Assembly (NCBI GenBank): GCA_020058565.1
Contig: JAGVDT010000036.1
Span: 1-34,842, forward strand
Reading direction: 5' to 3'
DNA length: 34,842 nt
DNA from: Minisyncoccota bacterium
Lineage (GTDB): Bacteria; Patescibacteriota; Minisyncoccia; Phycocordibacterales; UBA2100
Position numbers and translations under genes: made by a program. Positions 22,957 to 30,976 of the stretch are shown piece after piece (position 1 is the stretch's first letter; each line of letters opens with the position of its first letter). The notes beneath the pieces are model-generated. The model did no database searches, had not been told where the DNA came from, and worked only from the letters and a program-made list of their open reading frames with translations.

Positions 22957-23673
22957 TCACATCCTGCCTGCTTTCATCAAAAACCATAACTTTAGGGCAT
23001 TGCCCAGCGTCTTTAAAACCACGCTCATTTTGGCGTTTTTGACTTCGCCTCCCGCACGCGGATGATAAAAAGAAGGCGCCTCGGCGATGCGGTACCCTTT
23101 TTTCGAAAACCTCACCACGATCTCGGCCAGTATGAAGACGCCGCTCGAGCCTTTCAGGTCTAGGCCTTTCAGCTTGTCTGCGCGCCATAGAGTGGCCCAT
23201 CCGAGGTCACCGACTCTCAGATCAAAAAGGATCGTGAGCAAAAGCAAATACCCATGCGTCATCAGCATTCTCCAGAGCGTGTAGTCGGGCCGGCCCCCGC
23301 GATACCCAAGCACCAGATCATTTGCTGCCATCATTTCGAAACAATGGCGCAAGTCCTCTACCAGAAATTGCCCGTCGGCAGGGATATAGGCGATAAACTC
23401 TTTTGTCGAAGCATTGATCCCGGTAAGCGTCGCTCGGCTAAATCCGCCATTTTTCTGGTGAATTATGCGCAATTTCTGATGTTTCTTTGCCAGCTCGTCG
23501 CAGATCTTGGCGGTATCGTCGCTACTGCCGTCGTCAACCACTATCACCTCAAAATCATCGAAATACTCAGGCAAGCGCTCCAGCGAATTCTCGACTACGC
23601 GCTCAATGTTCTCCTCTTCGTTGTAAGCAGGGATGACTATGCTTAAGCTCAAGTTTGGGTATCGTGCGGACAT
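22957..23673 (-). CDS. GT2 glycosyltransferase, polyprenyl-phosphate sugar synthase-like (DPM1/GtrB-like)
   Basis: LSIVIPAYNEEENIERVV...VIVVDDGSSDDT...NGGFSRA...IPADGQF. The start is taken at MSARYPN (ATG is rc of 23671-23673), 28 nt after the upstream stop. Confidence 0.75.
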   Translation of the reverse strand: MSARYPNLSLSIVIPAYNEEENIERVVENSLERLPEYFDDFEVIVVDDGSSDDTAKICDELAKKHQKLRIIHQKNGGFSRATLTGINASTKEFIAYIPADGQFLVEDLRHCFEMMAANDLVLGYRGGRPDYTLWRMLMTHGYLLLLTILFDLRVGDLGWATLWRADKLKGLDLKGSSGVFILAEIVVRFSKKGYRIAEAPSFYHPRAGGEVKNAKMSVVLKTLGNALKLWFLMKAGRM

Positions 23674-23701
23674 TGAGGTGGAGTATAGCAGCAGATATCG
23701 G

Positions 23702-24436
23702 CTATATTTTGAGCCGCCGGAAAATAAAGCCAGGCAGCAGTTTGTATGCCAGCATAAGAGCTCCCCACCATCGAGGCACATATACGCCGATACCGTCTTT
23801 TTTGAGCCCCTGCACGATGCGCCGGGCAACTTTTGCCGGAGCGGCATAGGGCACCATGCTTCTGCGCCCAAAAGTCATGCCTGTTTTCATATAGCCGACT
23901 CGGTAATATTGGATCCGACATTTTGTTCCATGCAGTCTTTGGCTCAGTCCGCTGAAAAAGAATTCGAGCGCGCTCTTGGAGGCCGCATAAACAGTGTTTT
24001 TCGAACGGGGACGAGATTGTGCGACGCTCCCTATGCCTACCAATGCCCCATTCCTGCTCTCGAGCAGATCCGGCAAAAACGCTGTGGCAATGCGAACGGG
24101 CGCCGAAAAATTCACTTCGACGAGCCGGGTGATTTCGTCCTCTGAAAGTTTCTCGAAATCACGATCCAAATCTGATTGGCCGGAAACCAAAAAGAGACAG
24201 TCCGCCTTGCCGATCTTAGAATTGCACATGCTGCGCAGTTCTGCCCCGCTCAAAGCGCGTATGTCTCCTGCATGGTATTCGACCCGGCTGCTGTAGCGAA
24301 TCCGAAGATCGGATCGGATCGCAGAAAGATCCCGCGGATCTGATGCCACCAAGAATAGATCATGGCCGTGCCGCGCCAGTTCCTCTGCCAGAGCCCTTCC
24401 CAAACCCGCGGAAGCGCCGATGATAACTGATTTCAT
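23702..24436 (-). CDS. Short-chain dehydrogenase/reductase, DprE2-like
   Basis: VIIGASAGLGRALAEEL (TGxxxGxG-type) and YAASKSAL (YxxxK). The C-terminal tail LLPGFIFRRLKI resembles the ...SIFRKLPI tail I recall for mycobacterial DprE2. A 4-nt ATGA overlap links it to the upstream FAD oxidase gene. Confidence 0.65.
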   Translation of the reverse strand: MKSVIIGASAGLGRALAEELARHGHDLFLVASDPRDLSAIRSDLRIRYSSRVEYHAGDIRALSGAELRSMCNSKIGKADCLFLVSGQSDLDRDFEKLSEDEITRLVEVNFSAPVRIATAFLPDLLESRNGALVGIGSVAQSRPRSKNTVYAASKSALEFFFSGLSQRLHGTKCRIQYYRVGYMKTGMTFGRRSMVPYAAPAKVARRIVQGLKKDGIGVYVPRWWGALMLAYKLLPGFIFRRLKI

Positions 24437-25764
24437 ACAGATAGTTTCTGCGACAATGCCGAGGCGAACTGCCGGTTGGGATCATATGCTGCCATGCGCT
24501 CGCGCACTTTTTCATAATCCGGATACTCGCGTCTGATCAGTTCTCGGCTTATCCGCGAATCTTTGGCGATGTTGTCGATCGCGCCCATATCCACGTTTAA
24601 CGCATCGAGTGCTTCGTGAAAACCGGCTTTGCCAGTGTGAGGAACGACATCTATAGATATCACGAGGCCGCGGCCCGCAAAGTGCAGTAGCCGCTGTTTG
24701 CCGGAGAAGAACTTGCACGAGCCCAGCACGACCTGAGGACGGTAACTCCTCAGCAGTCTTTCGAACTTTTCGATGTATTTTTCGACCGATGCCTCAGGCA
24801 CGAGTATTTGACGCTCGATAAAGCCTTTTTTTCCGTACCAGTCGAAATAAAAGGAAATGCCCGCAACCGGATAATTAAACTGATAAAAAGGCATTTTTTC
24901 TTCGGATTTGAATTTCGTGTGCCATGTGCGGTACGCGAAGCCAAAAACCGGGATTGAAAGCGCGTTGAAATATGAAAACCTCTGCGTGGGCCGACGATCT
25001 AAGCTATGAAAAGATTCCAGAAGCTTTGCCGGTGTATGTTCGTCGCTGAAATTAGAGACCGTCACAAAACCCTGCCCCATATTTTTTCCGAAGACGCTGA
25101 AATCGTTAAAAGTATTTAGCGCATCGGCCGAATCGTTGACCTGCTGCAAAACCTCCACCATGTGCTGCAAATTTCGAAACGAAATGTTGCGGACCCGAAG
25201 CCACGGGCTCGGGATACGGGCCAGGCGAAGTTTGGCTTTGAGAATCACGCCGGTAAGCCCCATGCCGCCGATGGTGAGGTCAAAGAGCTCTTTGTTTTCG
25301 GCGCGCGAACATTTGAGCACTCCTTTTTGGGGATGAAAAACCTCTAGCTCCTCGACGCAGGACTCAAACAAACCTTCTTTGAACTGGTTTTTGCCGAAAA
25401 CATTGAACGCGATGCATCCTCCTATCGAAATCTGCGGATGGCCCGGCTCGACCGGCACCCGGAGGCCCCTGGGACACAAAAATATATGAAGTGCGTGCAG
25501 CGTTATGCCTGCCTCTACGGTAATCATCGGCGCTTTTGCATCGGCGTTAAATTCCAGAATTCTGCTGAATTTCCCAAAGCCGACCGAGACGGAATCTTTC
25601 CCGAAAGATGCGGCGACGTAAGAGAGTCCGGAGCCGCGCGGGATGAACCTGCCCGTTTTGGGAAACTTTTCCAAAAAACTATACCGATCCGGCTCAGCGT
25701 ATTTGCTGAGGAATTCTGACTGTCTATCTAGGCTGAAAAAACACCGTGTATCAATTGGCATCAT
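24433..25764 (-). CDS. FAD-linked (PCMH-type) oxidase, DprE1-like
   Basis: PRGSGLSYVAASFG (compare RGLGRSYGD), TVEAGITLHAL, and PVEPGHPQISIGGCIAFNVFGKNQF (compare GGAIACDIHGKNHH). The C-terminal ALO-like region ends in DPNRQFASALSQKLSV. Confidence 0.65.
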   Translation of the reverse strand: MMPIDTRCFFSLDRQSEFLSKYAEPDRYSFLEKFPKTGRFIPRGSGLSYVAASFGKDSVSVGFGKFSRILEFNADAKAPMITVEAGITLHALHIFLCPRGLRVPVEPGHPQISIGGCIAFNVFGKNQFKEGLFESCVEELEVFHPQKGVLKCSRAENKELFDLTIGGMGLTGVILKAKLRLARIPSPWLRVRNISFRNLQHMVEVLQQVNDSADALNTFNDFSVFGKNMGQGFVTVSNFSDEHTPAKLLESFHSLDRRPTQRFSYFNALSIPVFGFAYRTWHTKFKSEEKMPFYQFNYPVAGISFYFDWYGKKGFIERQILVPEASVEKYIEKFERLLRSYRPQVVLGSCKFFSGKQRLLHFAGRGLVISIDVVPHTGKAGFHEALDALNVDMGAIDNIAKDSRISRELIRREYPDYEKVRERMAAYDPNRQFASALSQKLSV

Positions 25765-25827
25765 GTGGATTTTACACCGGGCGAACCTGTCACATCTGTG
25801 ATACCGGTTACACGAAACGACCTTCCT

Positions 25828-27012
25828 TTATAGCCATTCGGGATGATCCATGGTCCAGCGGACAACTTTACGTAGACTCTCGTCAAATGCTACGGGGACA
25901 TTAAAACCTTCGGAGGCAAGGTACGATCCGTCAAGCGCATAGCGCATGTCGTGGCCGGGCCGGGATGCATGGAAAGCAACCATCTCGTGCTTGAGCGGTC
26001 TTGTTTTCTTGCCCTTGGCAGCGAGGTATTCGTTTACGTACTGTGCGACAAGCTTCGCGAGCGTAAGGTTGTCCACCTCTCTCTCGCCGACGATGTTGTA
26101 TTTGCCCTGCATCGCGGAGCCGTCGAGGAGCCTGCCGTTTTGCAGGAGCCAAATGGACGCGGCCGAGATATTGCGCGCATGGATGTACGAGCGTTTGCCC
26201 GCCTGCGTTTTGTTTCTATTGGCATGTATGTGGACCGTATCCCCCGCGAGCACTTTTTTGATGAGAAGCGGGATGAATTTTTCCGGGTGCTGCCGCTCGC
26301 CGAAGATATTCATGCAGTTCGTGATGAATATCGGCATGCGGTAGGTAGCGGCAAAAGATATCGCCGCCATTTCCCCGGCAGCTTTCGCGGCAGCATAGGG
26401 GTTGTTGGGGTTGTTGCGGTCCCACTCCTTAAACGCGACACCCTCGGGGGCGGGGCCGAAAACTTCGTCGGTCGAGAAATATTGGAATTTCCCTTCGAAG
26501 ACGGGCGTACGCGCCTGAGGATCTGCATTTTTCTTCAGCCTGAGTCCACCCCTGCGCGCGTAGTTAAGCAAATGCACTGTGCCGATCCCGTTGTCCATGA
26601 AAAACAGAAGCGGGTCTTCGATGGAGCGGTCCACATGCGAGCCTGCAGCAAGATGAATGATGTAATCGAACGGGCCGCCTAAATGCCTTGCGACGGAGTC
26701 GTTTATTTCTGCCCGCAGGTCGTGGTATACGAAACGAACGCGATGTTTCTCAATGTCCCAGACGTTTATTCCGACGAGCCGATTGAGGTTGCCGGATGTA
26801 TCAAGCCTATCGAGCGTGGTGACATGCCAGTCGGTGGTCTTGAGGATCTGCTCTACCAGATGATGCCCCACGAACCCCGCCGCACCGGTCACCAAGACTT
26901 TTTTGGGAGCCATTTCGTGCCGTGAACGCACCGCTCTGAACAACTTCCCGGCACTTTTCGCTGGCTTGCGGTCTCTGGTATTTGCTGCGGCACGCTTTTT
27001 CATCAGCATCAT
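25828..27012 (-). CDS. NDP-glucose 4,6-dehydratase (RmlB-like extended SDR)
   Basis: VLVTGAAGFVGHHLV, AAGSHVDRSI, STDEVFG, YAAAKAAGEM, RPGHDMRYALD. The start may instead be MAPKKVL (ATG is rc of 26911-26913). Confidence 0.8.
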   Translation of the reverse strand: MMLMKKRAAANTRDRKPAKSAGKLFRAVRSRHEMAPKKVLVTGAAGFVGHHLVEQILKTTDWHVTTLDRLDTSGNLNRLVGINVWDIEKHRVRFVYHDLRAEINDSVARHLGGPFDYIIHLAAGSHVDRSIEDPLLFFMDNGIGTVHLLNYARRGGLRLKKNADPQARTPVFEGKFQYFSTDEVFGPAPEGVAFKEWDRNNPNNPYAAAKAAGEMAAISFAATYRMPIFITNCMNIFGERQHPEKFIPLLIKKVLAGDTVHIHANRNKTQAGKRSYIHARNISAASIWLLQNGRLLDGSAMQGKYNIVGEREVDNLTLAKLVAQYVNEYLAAKGKKTRPLKHEMVAFHASRPGHDMRYALDGSYLASEGFNVPVAFDESLRKVVRWTMDHPEWL

Positions 27013-27078
27013 AGAACACTAATTTGCCCAAAAATGCAACGGTCAGCGCTTGCCGGCAAGCCCAAATACGCAAGAAAT

Positions 27079-27196
27079 AAGATACAAGAAACAACAACCA
27101 AACAAATCTCAAGCACCAATATCCAATTCCCAAACCAGCCGTTTGCGTTTAATCATTGAGTATTGGATATTGTCTGTATCTTGTTTCTTGTATCTT
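27079..27196. repeat. 118-nt imperfect palindrome spanning the stop codon of the GT-C gene
   Basis: aagatacaagaaacaa (27079-27094) pairs perfectly with ttgtttcttgtatctt (27181-27196), 16 bp. caatatccaat (27117-27127) pairs with attggatattg (27162-27172), 11 bp. Confidence 0.7.
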
Positions 27197-28571
27197 GGAG
27201 TTTGATTATCGCGCTCCACACTCCATACAACGCCACCACAAAGACTAGCGGCAACGCCGGTAGCCGGTACTTAGCTTCTACATACGGCCCGCTTGCAAGC
27301 AGAAGGTATGCAAACAGCACAAGAAACAGCGCAAACGCCAAAAACGCCGCCCTATCGCGCGTCCACGCAAAGAAGCACCCTGCGAGAGCAAACCCGTATG
27401 TCACAAACAAAACCAGTGCCCAAATAATTTTCGGAAACTCTTTGAGCGCCGCAGAGGACGCTTCCGGGAAGCCTCCCCTGCTAAGCGCCGCATGAATGCT
27501 GGTTGCCGACTCAGGATTGTATTCGAAGGGCAGGATTTTTGTGTGTCCGTAATAGTAGATCGCTGCAATATCAGAAACAAATAAATTGCGCAGTACGCCC
27601 ACGGCGTATTGTTTGGCAAACTCCTGAGGATGTTGCTTGATACGCTCGATGGAGACGCGGACGAAATCTTTTTGGAATGGCAAATATCTGGTCGGTTCCC
27701 TGCTAAAGTAATGCATCATCGGTGGCACTTGATCACCCTCGATCGAAAGGTCTTTCGTGTAGAACTCATACAGATTGAAGCCTTGTATCGAGGAAAGTTC
27801 CGCGATGCCAAAGACTATTTTGTTCCTGGCAAGCCACGGAAATACCAAAAGAAGGATGATACCAACCATGGCTACGGTGCGGATAATCCTTCCGCGACGG
27901 TCGGTGCCGGAAAAGAACGCCAGGTGGATAATTTCAAAGAAGACGAATACTGCGGCGAGGTAGAGGGCCGTCGGCTTCGCGAGAACACTAAGCCCCAGCA
28001 CGAGTGCGCACAGGGCAAGATACCGCAGACTATTCTCCTGCCATGACCGAATCAAAAAATACGCAGCAGTCACCAAAAAAAGCACAAGAAGTGCGTCCGG
28101 CTCTGCTATCTGCGACCGATATAGATACAAAGGCTCGACAGAAAAAACGATCCCCGCGATCAGCGCGAAGCTGTGCGGCAAGAATAATCGGGCGAGTTTG
28201 TAGAGGACTGGCCCCAAAAGCGAAAGCAAGATATTGAGAAATATCATTGCAAGCCAGATGATTTCGAGCCCGCCAAAATACGCAAAAGGCGCGAAATACA
28301 GCGGCAAAAGCGGCGTACGCAGCGCATCCGGCTCATAGGGCGGGTCGACGAAGCGCGAGTAGCCATTTCCATGCGAGAGATTGTCCGCAATGATCACGTA
28401 GTGCTGCGTGTCGTTTCCATTTACAGAGCAATCATTCGAGAGAAAGAAGGCGCACGGGCCGTAGAAAATCATCAGCGCATAGAAAGCGAGAAGGTGCGCT
28501 ATGAGTCCCAGGCCGAATAGCGCCACAGGCGCTTTGCGCTCGCTGAAATACTTCGTGAACCAGTTCGGCAT
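27153..28571 (-). CDS. GT-C fold membrane glycosyltransferase (ArnT/PMT-like)
   Basis: DTQHYVIIADNLSHGNGYS...PDALRTPLLPLYFAPF, followed by >10 TM segments. Confidence 0.7.
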   Translation of the reverse strand: MPNWFTKYFSERKAPVALFGLGLIAHLLAFYALMIFYGPCAFFLSNDCSVNGNDTQHYVIIADNLSHGNGYSRFVDPPYEPDALRTPLLPLYFAPFAYFGGLEIIWLAMIFLNILLSLLGPVLYKLARLFLPHSFALIAGIVFSVEPLYLYRSQIAEPDALLVLFLVTAAYFLIRSWQENSLRYLALCALVLGLSVLAKPTALYLAAVFVFFEIIHLAFFSGTDRRGRIIRTVAMVGIILLLVFPWLARNKIVFGIAELSSIQGFNLYEFYTKDLSIEGDQVPPMMHYFSREPTRYLPFQKDFVRVSIERIKQHPQEFAKQYAVGVLRNLFVSDIAAIYYYGHTKILPFEYNPESATSIHAALSRGGFPEASSAALKEFPKIIWALVLFVTYGFALAGCFFAWTRDRAAFLAFALFLVLFAYLLLASGPYVEAKYRLPALPLVFVVALYGVWSAIIKLQDTRNKIQTISNTQ

Positions 28572-28577
28572 AACCGG

Positions 28578-30005
28578 TCAGTAACTAACGGCTTTCACCG
28601 TGTAGGTGTGCATGCTGGCATTTTCTCCGGCAAGCATTTTATCCGCCAGTTCAAAACCCATTTCGATAGAGTTGTCGGAGTTGTTGTAGCGGAAGATCCC
28701 GGTGCGTCCAAGGAGGCATTCGTGCGGAGTTTCGAGGAACGATACTATTTTGTCGAGCTTTTGTTTGTAATCGAGATCGTAAAAAGGATACGCGTATTTG
28801 ATACGTGTTACGAGCGCATCTTCAATATGCTTCGCTTCGATGTACCCAGCTTTGATCGCATCGGATTTGGTGCGTTCGATTAAATCTTTGTCTGACATTT
28901 CCCACTCGGGAGAGCCTTCAAAGGAAGTAATGTCGAAGCAAATCGAGGTTTTTCCGGGCGGGCACATCACCGGAGACCAGTTCGAGAACTCGACCGCCCG
29001 GTTGAAGATAATGTCTTTGTCGTGGAAATAGAGCCAGTGGTCGTTGGAGACGCGCGGAATATCCAGGAACAAAAACACAAAAATGATGTCCATATATTTA
29101 AGCCCGGAAAGGGCCTTTTCGACAGCAGGGTCTCGCCGGTCTTGGAGGTTGTAGTATGTATGAAGCGGTATGGTCGAGATCAGCTTATCGTATTTCGCCA
29201 TATGAGACTCGCCTGCGTGCTCGTAGTAGACCGTGCGGCTTTTCGTGTCAACGCGCGTTATACGCGCACTCGTGAGTATTTCCGTTCCACTCTCTGACGC
29301 GGCGCGTGCCATCGCGTCCGGCAATTCCTGGATGCCTCTAAGCGGATACCAAAAAGGCCCGCCGTCCGGCGCCAGGCTGTCGTCTTTGAGGTCGTACGAG
29401 CGGAAATCCAAAGTGACAATTTTTCGGACAATGCGCTTCAGAAGCTTTACCAAATCCTCGCCCTGCAAACGCTGGTCGGCCCAGTCGGCGGATATTTCGC
29501 GCGGATCATGGCGCCAGACTTTCGCGGTGTAGTGCTTCGCCATCACTTCGTAGAGCTTGTAGCCATATATATAGGCAAACCAATCCTCGAACGAGCGGAG
29601 GTTAGGCCGCTCGGTAAATCGCTTTTTAAACATGTTCCACAAAAACGAAAACGCGGCCGGAATGCTTTTGGTGATTGGCATCGCGCGCAAAAGATCCTGC
29701 ACCTCGAAAGGATACTTGCAGTATTTGCCGAAAACGTAGGCGCGGCTCTTTTTAATGTGCTTTTCCATCTTGAGCCCGGGCAGCGTGAGGATTTCATTGA
29801 GGAGCTTCTCGTTTTTTGTGTGGAAACGGTGCGCGCAGAAGTCCAGGTAGAAGCCTTTGTATTCGATGGAGCGCGAAAGCCCGCCCACTATCGCCTCTTT
29901 CTCAAGCACGAGGACTGACTTGCCGTTTTCAGCTACACGCTTGGCAAAACCAAGGCCCGAAACCCCTCCGCCGAGAATCACGAAATCGAAGCTCTTTTCA
30001 ATCAC
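28578..30005 (-). CDS. FAD-dependent oxidoreductase, UDP-galactopyranose-mutase-like (tentative); paralogue of 19230-20678
   Basis: FDFVILGGGVSGLGFAKRVAENGKSVLVLEKEAIVGGLSRS, FCAHRFHTKN, YTAKVWRHDPREISADWADQRL. Confidence 0.55.
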   Translation of the reverse strand: MIEKSFDFVILGGGVSGLGFAKRVAENGKSVLVLEKEAIVGGLSRSIEYKGFYLDFCAHRFHTKNEKLLNEILTLPGLKMEKHIKKSRAYVFGKYCKYPFEVQDLLRAMPITKSIPAAFSFLWNMFKKRFTERPNLRSFEDWFAYIYGYKLYEVMAKHYTAKVWRHDPREISADWADQRLQGEDLVKLLKRIVRKIVTLDFRSYDLKDDSLAPDGGPFWYPLRGIQELPDAMARAASESGTEILTSARITRVDTKSRTVYYEHAGESHMAKYDKLISTIPLHTYYNLQDRRDPAVEKALSGLKYMDIIFVFLFLDIPRVSNDHWLYFHDKDIIFNRAVEFSNWSPVMCPPGKTSICFDITSFEGSPEWEMSDKDLIERTKSDAIKAGYIEAKHIEDALVTRIKYAYPFYDLDYKQKLDKIVSFLETPHECLLGRTGIFRYNNSDNSIEMGFELADKMLAGENASMHTYTVKAVSY

Positions 30006-30019
30006 GCAAGAATACTACG

Positions 30020-30931
30020 CTATGGAGCGCAGATGCGAAAGTCAGGCTTTTCACAAAACAGGTTGGCACATTCCGTTTCCGGGATGGCCCGAACAAGCGC
30101 ATCGAAATCCGTAATTCTACGTTTCGATTTGGCGCGCTCGTCGATAGCGTATATATCGAAGCTCTTCTCGCGCAAAAGCCGTAAGACTTCGTCGGGATCA
30201 TGCCCGGCTTTTTGGATCGCTGAGGGCGTAAATTCCAGAAAAAGCATTTTTGCATTTGACAGGCTTTCGTTCATGCCCTGGAGAGCGATAGACTCCGCTC
30301 CCTCAATGTCCATTTTGACGACATCTACCCGATCAATGTGTTCTTTCCGGAGAAAATTGTCGAGTGCCACCGTCTTTACGGTCACCGAGCTATTGAATCC
30401 TTTTGCCGTAGAAGCGTCTTTTACGAGGGAATGCTTGCCTTTGTTTGAATCGTAAAGATTCAGCTGGAGTTCGCCTTCTTTGTCTGCAACGGCAAGCGGA
30501 TATGCTGCAACCTGTGAAAACGAGTTCGCCGCGATGGTTTCTTTGAGAAACGCGTAATTTTCAGGGGCTGGCTCAAAAGCGATGACTTTTCCTGAAGCAC
30601 CAACCCTGCTCGCGGCAATGACCGTGTAATACCCTATGTTGGCGCCGATATCTATGACGGTCATTCCTGGCTTAAGCGCCTCCCGGAAGAGTTCAGTTTC
30701 GTACGGCTCGAATGCGTTAAAAGCCACAGCGCCAGAAACCGCCGGATCGCCGGGGTTGAGTGCTACGACGCCTTCCGGGAGTCGAACCTCCTTCGGCAAA
30801 AGAGCTTGTATTACGGGGTTCACCAGCTTTCCGAGAGACCCGCGGAAAAGCGCGGCGTAAATGCGCTCGGGTGTGCCCGCTGGCAGCAAACTCAGCATTC
30901 TCGATACTAGTGAGCGCGCGATTGTCCGCAT
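30020..30931 (-). CDS. FkbM-family SAM-dependent methyltransferase
   Basis: VIDIGANIGYYTVIAAS, VIAFEPAPENYAFLKETI, VDVVKMDIEGAESIALQG. Confidence 0.8.
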   Translation of the reverse strand: MRTIARSLVSRMLSLLPAGTPERIYAALFRGSLGKLVNPVIQALLPKEVRLPEGVVALNPGDPAVSGAVAFNAFEPYETELFREALKPGMTVIDIGANIGYYTVIAASRVGASGKVIAFEPAPENYAFLKETIAANSFSQVAAYPLAVADKEGELQLNLYDSNKGKHSLVKDASTAKGFNSSVTVKTVALDNFLRKEHIDRVDVVKMDIEGAESIALQGMNESLSNAKMLFLEFTPSAIQKAGHDPDEVLRLLREKSFDIYAIDERAKSKRRITDFDALVRAIPETECANLFCEKPDFRICAP

Positions 30932-30976
30932 AGTGGCATCGTAAGTCTTGTCAGGCTATCATGAAATCCAAAGAAT

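Noticed and set aside
21662-23871. The long N-terminal extensions of track ORFs 21662-23200, 22957-23871 and 17983-19296.
   Set aside because: The extensions overlap the upstream genes by 67-240 nt and are Arg/Cys/Gly-rich with no domain content. Internal Met starts give short intergenic gaps and begin exactly at the conserved domains.
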